64,000 bases of DNA from Promethearchaeota archaeon (GCA_048937405.1 JBHLNF010000002.1:256001-320000); one strand, 5' to 3'; shown: positions 42,820-53,842, counted from the stretch's first letter. Notes: generated from the sequence alone by a model not told the origin. Numbers and translations are program-made.

Positions 42820-45039
42820 ATGAGTGTGAGTGATGTTTTTTTCACAATAATTCTTAATGTTATTCCAATATTGATTTTAATTATCCCGTATTTCTTCATT
42901 CGAAAAAAATTTCTTGGAAAGTTATATTTGAGAATCTATCTGGGAATTTTAATTTTTTATGTTGTGTATTGGTTTCTCCCTATTATATTCCAAACAGATA
43001 TTTCTCCAGAAAATTTAGAGCATACGACAGATATTCAAGGTTTTGGTTTTTTGGCAGCACACTTTGGATCACTTGTTTCACTTTTCGCTTTCTATCCATT
43101 AGTTACCTTACCCTATATTTTTTTTGTAACACCTTTTATTTCTGTATTATATGTATGGAATCGATTAAGAAAAGAAGATGGTTCAACAAAATCAAACTTG
43201 ATCCATCTAACTTACCAATTTACAGAGAGTCCTGTTAAACAAATTCGCAGGAGCATTTTAAAAAGCGACTGGACAAGAGAAAAAGAAATCCTTAAACTAT
43301 TAATTGTACTTTTACCCATATCTCTTTATCTTCTGCAAGTTATTCTCTCTGTTTCAAACTTAGAGACTGATCCTGTAATTACAGGAAAAACTGCTTTAGG
43401 ATGGTTTTTAGAGATTTTATTTGTATATTTGGCAATATTTATCTTTAGTATTGAATTACTCTTTAGTTCCCAAATAGCATTAAAGGGAAGATATATCGGT
43501 GAAGACATAAGAACCCAGACATATAAAAGTTTATATACAGTTGGAGCCCCAATTTCAATATTATCTTTATTACTATTTATCGCACAATATGGTTCTTCTA
43601 TTCTTATCATTTTATACTTTTTTGCATATTTTATAATGGCTTCGGTAATTTTTATCCTATTTCTTAAGATCTTTGAACCAATCTCTATATTGATTTTTAT
43701 AAAACTAATTGATTGGTGGAAAAATAGGAAACAGAAAGTTAAAAACGTAAATTATACAAACTTTTACTATGGAATAATTATTGCTTTTATAGCCATTATA
43801 TTGTTTTTTCTTCTAAATTTAATAGCATTTCAGCCATTATTTTCAATTGGTTTTCCTGATAGTAGTAACATAATCGATTCTGCACAATTTATACCATCAG
43901 TGAATCCTACTTTATCTTCTGCAATTTCTTTTGATCTTATGATAGTTTTTAATTTCATTATTTTAGAACTATTCCCCATAATCATTATGGCAGGACTTTT
44001 AGCGTATATTCTGAAATATATGAAAAGCACTTTCTTAGGACTTATAATTTATTTTATGGTTATAATATCATTTTCAGCTCTCCTAAGTCTTCTTGGAATA
44101 CCTTCATTAATTAATTTTACTCCAGAGGAATATTGGATCACAGGGCAAACCAGCTATACTACCATTCTTAATTTTAATTTTTATACTCTTCGCTCTGCAG
44201 CATTAGATGCTAACTTAAAAGGAGTATTAGGAGCTTTAGCACTTCCATATCTGTATACCAGATATGTATTTAATATCATAATTTGGAGCTTAATGATATT
44301 TTATAGTAGAAAGCTATTTAAAACCAAAAATATTCCTCTTGATGATAAAAACATAGAAAAAGTTGTATTTACGACTCTTACCGATTATCTCTCCTTTGAT
44401 GAATATGATCAAGGAAGTTCAGAAATCCTAATTTCAAGAAAAAAAGATTTCTATGGAAAAGAACTCGAACTAGAACGAGAAGAAGTAAAAGAACTATTGA
44501 ATAATCTGAACGAGGACAAATTTTTAGATGTTCTTAGGCCTGAAGATGAAAATGAGAGAAAAAGATTCTTTTTCACTTTAAAATATCTCTTTCAAAAGAA
44601 TTTAATCGATATATGGGAACCAGAATTCAAGTATACGTTTGAAAAAGTTGAAAAACAAGGACTTTATATTATATATGGGGACGGGAGAGGTGTTTTTAAT
44701 TATGCTTTTAAGAGTGAAGAAGCTCAAGATCCCGGATTGGTATCTGGAATGTTCTCTGCAATCACAGCATTTATTAAAGAAATGACTAAATCGACAGAAA
44801 CTTTAAAAAAAATTGACCACGGAGATATTACAATACTTCTTGAATATGGAGAAAGAATATTTGGAGCATTATTTATAAAAGGTATTCAAAGCTCAGAAAT
44901 ACGAGCTCCTCTGAAAGAATTTATCCAGAAATTTGAAGCAAAATACAAAAATATATTGAAAGATTGGACAGGAGCTCTCCAACATTTTGAAAGTGAAGAA
45001 GATAATAGACTTATAGAAGAGATTTTTAAAGAAGTCTAA
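42820..45039 (+). CDS. Polytopic membrane protein with C-terminal longin-like domain
   Basis: About 10-12 TMs, then GLYIIYGDG...DPGLVSGMFSAITAFIKEM...LKEFIQKFEAKY. Confidence 0.75.
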   Translation: MSVSDVFFTIILNVIPILILIIPYFFIRKKFLGKLYLRIYLGILIFYVVYWFLPIIFQTDISPENLEHTTDIQGFGFLAAHFGSLVSLFAFYPLVTLPYIFFVTPFISVLYVWNRLRKEDGSTKSNLIHLTYQFTESPVKQIRRSILKSDWTREKEILKLLIVLLPISLYLLQVILSVSNLETDPVITGKTALGWFLEILFVYLAIFIFSIELLFSSQIALKGRYIGEDIRTQTYKSLYTVGAPISILSLLLFIAQYGSSILIILYFFAYFIMASVIFILFLKIFEPISILIFIKLIDWWKNRKQKVKNVNYTNFYYGIIIAFIAIILFFLLNLIAFQPLFSIGFPDSSNIIDSAQFIPSVNPTLSSAISFDLMIVFNFIILELFPIIIMAGLLAYILKYMKSTFLGLIIYFMVIISFSALLSLLGIPSLINFTPEEYWITGQTSYTTILNFNFYTLRSAALDANLKGVLGALALPYLYTRYVFNIIIWSLMIFYSRKLFKTKNIPLDDKNIEKVVFTTLTDYLSFDEYDQGSSEILISRKKDFYGKELELEREEVKELLNNLNEDKFLDVLRPEDENERKRFFFTLKYLFQKNLIDIWEPEFKYTFEKVEKQGLYIIYGDGRGVFNYAFKSEEAQDPGLVSGMFSAITAFIKEMTKSTETLKKIDHGDITILLEYGERIFGALFIKGIQSSEIRAPLKEFIQKFEAKYKNILKDWTGALQHFESEEDNRLIEEIFKEV

Positions 45040-45215
45040 AAAAGATATTTTAATAATATTTTAAAATTCAGAAATTATGATTTTCTATGATTTTTAGAGC
45101 TCTACTAAAAAAATAATATTTATCATAGTTGGTGGAGAGAAGAAGTATTTTATATAATAAAGTTTTATTATATTTTGAATAAATTTTAGATGAAATAGGA
45201 GTTAAATGATGTATC

Positions 45216-45899
45216 ATGGATATTCTCAATATTATAAAAATAACTACAGCAATAATCTCTGTCTCTTTAGCATTAGTAATTGGAATTAATGTGTTATTTT
45301 TAAATCCAGATAATTTATTAAATAAATGGTTTTCCTTATTTTTCTTTTCAGCTTCAGGAGGATTCTTGACATATACAATTTACCATTTAGAAACCACTAA
45401 TGCCAACATTATTATTCCCCTTATGATAACAACTCAAATTCTTTACAATATTATCTTTATATCTTTAGTAATGACCATATTTGTATTAGAAAAATATAAA
45501 GATATCGCAATGAGTTTCAGGTATCTTGGAATAATGATCGTTATATTAATTATAATGAGTTTTGGGTATTTTATTTGGGTTCCTGAATTAAACATGGAAG
45601 ATTTTGAACAGGGGATTGTTAATACCGAAACTCCAAGAGTCTGGTTTATTTTTGTGAATATTATCAGGATAGCTTTAGCTATATATGTTGTATATAAATA
45701 TGGTATGATGACAAGAAAGGTTGGAGAAGAAACTAAAAAACGGATTCAATGGCTCTTTCTAGCAGTATTTATAGTTATTTTAGGACTTTTACTCAATTTA
45801 ATTGGGGGATTATTTGAATCAATTTTCGTTGAGATTTTTGCTATGATAGCATTTGATTTCGGGCTAATTGTATTATTTAAAGGCTTTTTAATCAAATAA
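45216..45899 (+). CDS. Stand-alone 7TM membrane protein (HisKA_7TM-like sensor region)
   Basis: 7 hydrophobic helices, NLLNKWFSLFF after TM1, ETKKRIQW before TM6. Confidence 0.6.
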   Translation: MDILNIIKITTAIISVSLALVIGINVLFLNPDNLLNKWFSLFFFSASGGFLTYTIYHLETTNANIIIPLMITTQILYNIIFISLVMTIFVLEKYKDIAMSFRYLGIMIVILIIMSFGYFIWVPELNMEDFEQGIVNTETPRVWFIFVNIIRIALAIYVVYKYGMMTRKVGEETKKRIQWLFLAVFIVILGLLLNLIGGLFESIFVEIFAMIAFDFGLIVLFKGFLIK

Positions 45900-45987
45900 A
45901 TGTGTTCGATTTTTTACTATTTCATGTACCTCTCTCAAATAGGTCCTCGATTTTTGACTTGTGAGTTATAATAGATTAAATTATTTT

Positions 45988-46449
45988 CTATTTTCTAAAA
46001 ATTGATTTAATACGATCCTCTATATTTAATCTTAGATCTCCAAGAATATCATTCATATGGGGTACAAATGCTTTAAAATACTTAGGATCCTTGAAAAAAA
46101 TATCCTTGAGAGAATACATCCTAAGAAATTGAGATAGTAATTCTTCTAAGCGACTTTTTACCAACTTACGATTTGTACCTCTCTCAGAAATGGCGAATAA
46201 TAATAAAGGTTGTGGTTTACTGTCAGGTTTATCTAAAAACTGAATCATTGCGTAATGACAGATAATTTCAAAGTCCTTTAGGGATATAACATTAATCTCA
46301 TCATCAAAAACTTCTGTGATAAAATCCTTTAAACCAGCTAAAAATCTAGCTCGTACATTAGGATCCAAAATTTTATCCGAAGATAAATGATACTTAATAT
46401 CAACTAAGTTTTTCTCACCGAGGTTAACTCCAACTTCTACTACTACCAT
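45988..46449 (-). CDS. Longin-like domain protein
   Basis: Paralogue of 24998-25459 (MVVxExG start, D-x-x-[VL]R helix, FxxxxxxIxG C-terminus). Confidence 0.55.
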   Translation of the reverse strand: MVVVEVGVNLGEKNLVDIKYHLSSDKILDPNVRARFLAGLKDFITEVFDDEINVISLKDFEIICHYAMIQFLDKPDSKPQPLLLFAISERGTNRKLVKSRLEELLSQFLRMYSLKDIFFKDPKYFKAFVPHMNDILGDLRLNIEDRIKSIFRK

Positions 46450-46807
46450 AAAAAAAGAACTTAGAGGGTTATAGGCTATTTTATATCAATATATTCTTTT
46501 ATTACAATAATTAATTATTAGCATATTTATAATTTTATTTAATACCCCTATTTTCTAAAAAAAGATTTTCCCATGATTCTTAAAAAGATTTTTATGCAAA
46601 CAGAAATTCTGTGAAGAATGTGGAGTAGATCTTAATGAAATATGTTAAAGAACACAAAAAAAAAAATAGGATAAAAATTCACAGCTGTCGATTCTATTCC
46701 AAATAGAATCTATGTGAATGGGATTTCCTATTTATACCATTGGTTAAGAAATTTAATAATTATATAAATTAAATTATAGAATATGAATTTTCGATTTTTA
46801 GTGGAAA

Positions 46808-47881
46808 TTACTTAAGATTTTTCCTTTTTGCCTTAATTACTGCCTTTCCCATTTCCCTCACTCTATCGAATGGTGCTTCTCCATCTTCTCTCAATCGCAT
46901 TTTTATTGCTTCTTCAGGACAAGCTGTAGCGCATAGACCACATCCAAGACATTTCTCTCTGGATACAACAGCGATATTATCCAATTCTATAGCTCCAACA
47001 GGACAACGTTCAACACAAGTTCCACAACTAACACAGAGTTCTTCATCAATAATTGATTCAAACATGGCATTCAAAAACTCATGTCTATCTAATCCTTTTT
47101 CAGTAATTCCTTTCATTGTAAGACAACAACAAGGGCAACAATTACAGATATTTGATAGGTGTTTGGAATTAGCTCCCGCATGTATGCAACCTGCTTCGTC
47201 TGTTTCTTTAATGATTCTTATTGCTTCATCAGCGGAGATTTTCCTTCCAATACCATTTTCAATATAATATTCAGCAGCTACACCAAAACTAAGACAAGAT
47301 TCAATAGGACGATCACATCCTATACCATTCAATTTCGCCTCCTTTCGACATATGCAATCTGCTACAGAAATCACTCGTGCGTTTCTAATACTTTCCTTTA
47401 ATTTATGATAAGGATAAAGAGTAGTATTTGGTTCAATCATTTCTTCAATAGGAACTACTTTAAATCCTGGAACACCGCTAATTCCCATTTCTTCTTGATA
47501 TGCTGTATCATAATATTCCTTATAATATTTAGCAAGCTCTTTATCTATTTTATTAACAGAATATTCGTATATACCTATCATAAAAGGCGCTGCGTTGTAC
47601 AAAGTATTATTATTTCTTCGAATTTTAAAAATTAAACCCTTTTTCGCCATCGAATCTAACTTATTTTCTAAATTAATAACTTCCATTCCAGTTCTTTTAG
47701 CAATTTCACTAACTTCTTCCGGAATGCGAGTCAACATTATTGTTAATTTCGCTTCTTCTTCAGTAAAGAGCCTTTTTAAAATTTTAATTTCAACTCCAGA
47801 TGGAGTTTCGGGGTAACCTAAAGGAAATTGATTTAAGAATTCTCTTAACTTTAAATACGCTTCATCAGACATTCTGATCAA
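46808..47881 (-). CDS. 4Fe-4S dicluster protein with N-terminal HTH-like region
   Basis: CICR, ICNCCPCCC and two CxxCxxCxxxCP motifs. Confidence 0.9.
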   Translation of the reverse strand: MIRMSDEAYLKLREFLNQFPLGYPETPSGVEIKILKRLFTEEEAKLTIMLTRIPEEVSEIAKRTGMEVINLENKLDSMAKKGLIFKIRRNNNTLYNAAPFMIGIYEYSVNKIDKELAKYYKEYYDTAYQEEMGISGVPGFKVVPIEEMIEPNTTLYPYHKLKESIRNARVISVADCICRKEAKLNGIGCDRPIESCLSFGVAAEYYIENGIGRKISADEAIRIIKETDEAGCIHAGANSKHLSNICNCCPCCCLTMKGITEKGLDRHEFLNAMFESIIDEELCVSCGTCVERCPVGAIELDNIAVVSREKCLGCGLCATACPEEAIKMRLREDGEAPFDRVREMGKAVIKAKRKNLK

Positions 47882-48169
47882 CTATCTGATAAATTGTTTC
47901 ACTTTTTAATAGTTAACTATTTTTGAATTTTTACATGAAATTTTCTTTTAGAGGTTTATCATGAATTAAGTAAATAAGCCTAAAACTTTTTCAAATTCAT
48001 ATCATTCATTTTGAAAACAAAAAATAATTGTTTAAAATAGAAAAAAGATTATTCAGTATACTTTTTTTTGAGCTTTATATGTTTTATGGAGCAATAACAA
48101 TTCTATAATTCTTATTTAATTATTGTAGCATTCTTAGCAATTTTATTTAGTTTAAGTAGTGAAGATTAA

Positions 48170-51100
48170 TTATCTTAAGATTTCCTCATAAAGTTTCAGG
48201 ACGAAACCTTCAAAATCATCTTTTGTAAATTTGACATTCAGCATATGCCATAATAACCGAGGAATATCATCATCATCTTCATAAATAGGAATAATTTTCA
48301 TTAATCCTTTTTTAACCATTTGATAAGCTGACTGCCATTCTCCTTTTACAGCTTCAGATTTCATAGAATTCTTAGAACAAAATAAAATGAATGTGTTGGT
48401 CTTTTTCAGAGCCTCCTCCATATATTCAACAATATTTTGTTTGCTATCCGCTTTCCAGAATAAGACTTCTCCTATTTCAGGATATAATTCTAAACGGCTA
48501 AAAACTTTTGGGATTTGAAAGTAATCAGAATCTATTGTAGCATAACTTAAAAAAATATTATATTTCGCAATTTTTTCCTTTTCTGGTATAGGCGTGACTC
48601 GTTTTAACTTAAGGGATTTAGAACTTGAGAAATAATCACCATAAATTTCTTTCTTATTGATCATATCCTCAATTACAGTTTCGATTAATTCTTCATTTTG
48701 AATTCCAGTTCTCTCACTGATATCTGTCAGTTGTAAAAGAGTATATTCCCCACCTAATGCTAAAATTGTCTGCTTAATTTTAGAAATAGTTTCTGCTTCT
48801 GATTTTCTATACAAAATTATCTTTTCTTCAATTATGTTTACAATTTTTGATAAATTATACACCTGAGCTGCTTTTTGAATTGCAATTAATGCCTTAATAG
48901 ATTTATCAAATTTGCTTTCCTTGATCAGGTCCTCAATTAATTTGAGACTTTTCTTTAGATTTTTTAAATTTTTAACTTCATTTTCTCCAAATTTAAAGAC
49001 CAACTTCTCTTCTTGTTCTGTTTTTGGAACAAACAATTTTTTCTTCCATACTAAAACACCCGTTACGCTTAAAACAGCAATAATACTGATGATAATAATT
49101 ATTATGATTTCGATTGGAACTTGAGTCCCACCTCCAATTGAAAGATTATTATCAGAAATTATATTACCTATGCTCTTTCCTTCCTGTTTAATTGCTCCCT
49201 TATGATTATCTCTCAAATCATTATAGGTTACATTATTATAACTAGAATTCTCTAAATAAATTCCAAATTCGCTATTAAAGTTTATTGTATTATTGCTGAT
49301 TTTATTATAATCACTTAGCCGTAAATGAATCCCATATCTCTTATTATGATTTATAGTCTCATCATTGTATTTAATGGAGATATTTTTACAATTTGATAAG
49401 AGAATCCCATTATAACTATTATTATTTACAGTACTATGCGAAATTGTAATGTTTTCACATGAATCTAAAAAGATACCACTTCCAAAATTCTGGGAACAAT
49501 TATTAGAGAATAATCGTCCATTATTTGCCAATTTTAATTTAAGTCCTGCCATATTTTCAGAACTACCTGAACTATAAAATATACAATCTCTAATTACAAA
49601 ATAGGAACTAGTATTACTAATTTCTAAGCCGCTAGAAGAATTATGACCATCAATTATTATATTTTCAATCACATAAGGATCAGCTGAAGTCCCAGAACCA
49701 GTACATAATCCTAAATTAAATGCTTCAGTCCAGTTATAAGTTCCCGTCCCTAAATCGTCAATTATAAAAGGTGGAAGAAGCCATATTCCTACTCGTTTTA
49801 TGACTCGAAGTACTTGAGTTTGAATATGACCCGCAGTATCATTCGCATAAAATGTAATAATAATTAACCCATTTCCAAACAAATTCCATTGTTCTTGCAT
49901 AATATTCCCATTCCAATCAAATTTGTCAGACGTTACCGCACTATTTTGTAATGTAAACCATGTGTGTTCTAAATTGGGATCAGTAATACTCACATTAATA
50001 GAGGGAGGAGTAGTTGCAAATTTTTCATAGTCCTCTGGTGAATTAATCGTAATAACTGGCTTTGTATCATCTCCATCACTATAAATTGGTAAATAATCAA
50101 TAACCCCATTCTTGCTATAAGGAGTATCTCCTATCCCATCATCGTTCAAATCGGAACCACTATAATCACTCCAGGAATTCCCTATTATAGAATTATTCCA
50201 ATCATTATTACCATTATCAATTGCGTTTATATCATTATCCAAAGTATTATTATAAAAGAGATTATCTTGACAATCACTAGTAGATATATATATTCCATAT
50301 AAATTATTACTAGAGATGCTATTCCCTGATAACGTGTTATCGTCGCAATTATCCCCTAAATATATTCCGTGGTTTGTGTTGTTATTTGAAACATTTTCAG
50401 AGATGTTGTTCTTTTTGCAATTGTTGGTCAAAAATAATCCACTGTCTTTATTGCTACTTACATTATTGTTCGAGATGGTGTTATTACTACTAAATTCTAA
50501 ATATATTCCATAGTTTGTGTTATTATTTGCATTATTTCCTGAGATTTGATTATTATTGCAATTATTCCCTAAACTAATCCCAATTCCATTGTTGTTAGTA
50601 GTATTATTCGAGATTATATTATCAACATTACCATTACTTAAAGCTATTCCAGCTGTGTTGTTAAACGCAGTGTTTCCTGAGATATTGTTATTATAACAAT
50701 TCATCCCCAAAAGAATCCCGGCATAATTATTTATTGCGGTGTTTTCCAAGAACTTGTTATTACTACTAGAAGATAAAAATATCCCATAATTGTTTTTAAT
50801 AAAAAAGTTTCCCGATAAATTATTATCGCTAGAATCTTCCATATATACCGCATAGAATGTGTTGTTAATAAAGGTATTTCCCAATAAAATGATATTATAA
50901 CCATAAAATAATGATATTCCGAATCTATTATTTAAAAAATCATTATTTATCAAACTTCCATTGCCCGTACCATACAAACAGATTCCTGCATAAAGAAAAA
51001 AACTTCCTGCATTATGGACTTTACAATTTTTTATGGTAAAATAAACGTTTGAATTTTGAATTGTAATACATGCTTCGGATCCTCCTCCATCAATCTCTAA

Positions 51101-52897
51101 ACCATCAATGATATATGGATCAAAATAGGTTCCTGAACCCGAAACCCATGCTTTTAGTTTGGCTATTTGACTCCAATTATTTAAACCTGGACCCGAATCG
51201 TCAATATTAATTATTTCTCCTTCATAAACAGGACTTTCTACTAGTGGAAAATAATCTATACTACCTGCAGTTCCATTAATCGATATATATTCGGTATCAA
51301 CAATGTTATCAGTGTTATCGTCAGGGGATGTGTGATTATCCCAATAATTACCAACAATCGAATTATTCCAGTGATTATTGATGCCCGTGTCGCTCGCATG
51401 CCATTTATTGTTTTCTTTCAGAGCATTATGATAGATTAAATTATTCTGACTACTAATATCATCTATTTGAATTCCATTAATTAGATTACTTTTGATAAGA
51501 TTTCCCACAATGGTGTTATTACTACTAGAGGATAAATAAATTCCGTTTTCCGTATTGTTATTTACAATATTTCCGGATATGGTGTTATTATCACTAGAGG
51601 ATAAATAAATTCCATTTTCCGTATTGTTATTTACAATATTTCCTGATATGGTGTTATTATTTCCTGAGGAAATATATATCCCACTCTTAATATTATTAGT
51701 TGCATTATTTTCTGAAACAATATTGGAAGAGCTATCATACAATAATTTAATCCCGCATTCTGTGTTATTGTTTACGTTATTTTCTGAGATGTTATTATTC
51801 TTGTTATCGGTACTTAAACAAATTCCAACTTGATTGTTATTAACAGTGTTGTTTGAGATAGTGTTATCACTACTAAGTTGAATACTTATCCCACAATCTG
51901 AGTTGTTGTTTACACTGTTTCCAAAGATAACATTATTATTGGAACTGGTTACAATTATCCCGCATTCTGTGTTATTGTTTAAATCATTTCCTATGATGAA
52001 GCTATTATTGGTGTATATCCATATCCCTCTTCTATTCTTGTTTGCAATATTTCCTGTGACAGTAGTGTAATCGCAATATGCCCATAACTCTATCCCTTCA
52101 TAAAAATTTTCATATACGGTATTTTCTGAAACGGTATTATATTCACTCCAATATATATCAATACCATATTTGTTGTTATTTGCGGTGTTTTGTGAGAAAG
52201 TGTTATTATTACTAAAATTTATATTTATCCCACACATTGAGTTGTTGTTTGCTGTGTTTCCTGAAACGATGTTATTGTAACTAGAGGATAAAAATATCCC
52301 ATCGGACGTGTTGTTATTTACGATGTTTTTCGAGATTGTGTTACTTTGACTTGAGGATAAATATATTCCATCGTAAGTGTTGTTATTTACAGTGTTTTCC
52401 GAGATTGTATTATTATTACAACTATTAAACAACCAAATACCATTACCTCCATTATAAGAACAATTGTTTTTGAATAAGTTTCCGTTGTTGGTATTTCTCA
52501 ATTTGATTGCAGCATCCTCATGATCTATTCCTGCGTTGAAAATTGTAACATTTCTGATGACAAAGTAAACATTTTTAGAATTTTCTATGAAAATTCCATT
52601 TCCCGTAGGTGAACTGGATGCATCAATTGTGACATTTTCGATAACATAGGGATTGCTCCATGAACCATCACCATTACACCAATCGTTTAACGATGTAAGG
52701 GACCAGTTATCATTAATATGGATATACGTAAGTTCCCAAGAATTTGACTTCTTAAGGTTTTTTAAATTAATATCATCTGAATCTGTTGAATTTGACATAT
52801 TGTAAATATATAGATTATTTAACAACAATATTGTCATCAAAAAAATGAAGCTTGTTATTAACACATATTTCCTACCGATTTTTTTTTTCAATTTCAT
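48170..52897 (-). CDS. Single-pass receptor: NosD/parallel beta-helix repeats, Ig-like, TM, PCI-like wHTH, TIR
   Basis: N-terminal hydrophobic signal, many NNTISxN...NNxxGIxL repeats, TM IIIIIIISIIAVLSVTGVLVWKKK, and TIR NIFLSYA...FILFCSKNSMKSEAVKGEW...IIPIY. Confidence 0.9.
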   Translation of the reverse strand: MKLKKKIGRKYVLITSFIFLMTILLLNNLYIYNMSNSTDSDDINLKNLKKSNSWELTYIHINDNWSLTSLNDWCNGDGSWSNPYVIENVTIDASSSPTGNGIFIENSKNVYFVIRNVTIFNAGIDHEDAAIKLRNTNNGNLFKNNCSYNGGNGIWLFNSCNNNTISENTVNNNTYDGIYLSSSQSNTISKNIVNNNTSDGIFLSSSYNNIVSGNTANNNSMCGININFSNNNTFSQNTANNNKYGIDIYWSEYNTVSENTVYENFYEGIELWAYCDYTTVTGNIANKNRRGIWIYTNNSFIIGNDLNNNTECGIIVTSSNNNVIFGNSVNNNSDCGISIQLSSDNTISNNTVNNNQVGICLSTDNKNNNISENNVNNNTECGIKLLYDSSSNIVSENNATNNIKSGIYISSGNNNTISGNIVNNNTENGIYLSSSDNNTISGNIVNNNTENGIYLSSSSNNTIVGNLIKSNLINGIQIDDISSQNNLIYHNALKENNKWHASDTGINNHWNNSIVGNYWDNHTSPDDNTDNIVDTEYISINGTAGSIDYFPLVESPVYEGEIINIDDSGPGLNNWSQIAKLKAWVSGSGTYFDPYIIDGLEIDGGGSEACITIQNSNVYFTIKNCKVHNAGSFFLYAGICLYGTGNGSLINNDFLNNRFGISLFYGYNIILLGNTFINNTFYAVYMEDSSDNNLSGNFFIKNNYGIFLSSSSNNKFLENTAINNYAGILLGMNCYNNNISGNTAFNNTAGIALSNGNVDNIISNNTTNNNGIGISLGNNCNNNQISGNNANNNTNYGIYLEFSSNNTISNNNVSSNKDSGLFLTNNCKKNNISENVSNNNTNHGIYLGDNCDDNTLSGNSISSNNLYGIYISTSDCQDNLFYNNTLDNDINAIDNGNNDWNNSIIGNSWSDYSGSDLNDDGIGDTPYSKNGVIDYLPIYSDGDDTKPVITINSPEDYEKFATTPPSINVSITDPNLEHTWFTLQNSAVTSDKFDWNGNIMQEQWNLFGNGLIIITFYANDTAGHIQTQVLRVIKRVGIWLLPPFIIDDLGTGTYNWTEAFNLGLCTGSGTSADPYVIENIIIDGHNSSSGLEISNTSSYFVIRDCIFYSSGSSENMAGLKLKLANNGRLFSNNCSQNFGSGIFLDSCENITISHSTVNNNSYNGILLSNCKNISIKYNDETINHNKRYGIHLRLSDYNKISNNTINFNSEFGIYLENSSYNNVTYNDLRDNHKGAIKQEGKSIGNIISDNNLSIGGGTQVPIEIIIIIIISIIAVLSVTGVLVWKKKLFVPKTEQEEKLVFKFGENEVKNLKNLKKSLKLIEDLIKESKFDKSIKALIAIQKAAQVYNLSKIVNIIEEKIILYRKSEAETISKIKQTILALGGEYTLLQLTDISERTGIQNEELIETVIEDMINKKEIYGDYFSSSKSLKLKRVTPIPEKEKIAKYNIFLSYATIDSDYFQIPKVFSRLELYPEIGEVLFWKADSKQNIVEYMEEALKKTNTFILFCSKNSMKSEAVKGEWQSAYQMVKKGLMKIIPIYEDDDDIPRLLWHMLNVKFTKDDFEGFVLKLYEEILR
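51510..51659. repeat. 69-bp tandem repeat (23 aa), ~2.2 copies, inside the receptor gene
   Basis: Units start at 51510, 51579 and 51648; nearly identical DNA encoding NNTISGNIVNNNTENGIYLSSS[D/S]. Confidence 0.9.
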
Positions 52898-53206
52898 TTA
52901 AATTCCACCTATTTCACCCTTATTTTATCCCTTATCATTAAATAGTGTTAATTTGCATTTTGAACTCGTGGTAAATGGTATTTTTAGATTTCTTTTTATA
53001 ATTTACTTATAAAATTCTCTAGCTTATAAATATCTTTATTTTCCTATTAGAAGATAGATTTAATTCATTCTTTTAAAAAAGATAAGGTATAAAATTCTGG
53101 AGAACTCAAATTAATAAGATCATCTGGCATAAAATAATGTTAAAACATATATACATTATTTTGATTTTTTCCACGTTATTCTTCTTTATCGTATAACTAT
53201 AATCCT

Positions 53207-53842
53207 TCATAAAAAAAATGGTAGACAGGTGGTAAAACCTAATAAAATGCCTGCTGTTATCCCTCCAATTAGCAATGAAATTGCCATTTTTGGATTAAAA
53301 GGTATTTTATTCACCATATACCATACAGCAATTACTAAATCTGTGATTGCTATAAACGATCCAAATGCCACGACATAATAGATTGTTTGTTCATGTGGGT
53401 AAATGGATGCACTTATATCCATAATTCTATTCATTGTAAAAGGATCAATAATTCCACTAAAATTAATAAAGTTAAAAATCAGCCTATCGGGTAATGGTTC
53501 TAATACAAAAATTAAAACCATTGTAAGCCAATTGAATAAAATTCCAAATGCTAGTGCAATATAAATAGAACCTAAAATAAGCCGTGGTCTTCTTAATTTA
53601 TTAACTTCCTTCATATCTTTTAAACCCTTATCTCCATATTTCATTCTCTCTTGAAGATAAGTTCCGCGTAATTTTACCAATGTTAAAATTCCAATCGATA
53701 GCATTACGAAAAATAAAATATATTTCACAAACCCAAAAAAAATTACAGCAAATTCATTAAATGCAACACACCATGCCTCTAATCCATTAAAAAGGTCGGT
53801 AAAAGGATTATTAAGATATTTATCTAAAGGAAGGTATATCAT
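53207..53842 (-). CDS. Membrane protein (~4 TM)
   Basis: Hydrophobic segments; co-oriented 53 bp after the HerA-like gene. Confidence 0.75.
   Translation of the reverse strand: MIYLPLDKYLNNPFTDLFNGLEAWCVAFNEFAVIFFGFVKYILFFVMLSIGILTLVKLRGTYLQERMKYGDKGLKDMKEVNKLRRPRLILGSIYIALAFGILFNWLTMVLIFVLEPLPDRLIFNFINFSGIIDPFTMNRIMDISASIYPHEQTIYYVVAFGSFIAITDLVIAVWYMVNKIPFNPKMAISLLIGGITAGILLGFTTCLPFFL

Noticed and set aside
46677-46719. Hairpin as a possible SECIS element, given that PSTK is present
   Set aside because: No AUGA/GA kink-turn core seen, and the adjacent Fe-S gene has no in-frame TGA.
51510-51659. Repeats as a possible CRISPR array
   Set aside because: In-frame coding tandem repeats with no unique spacers; no cas genes in the window.
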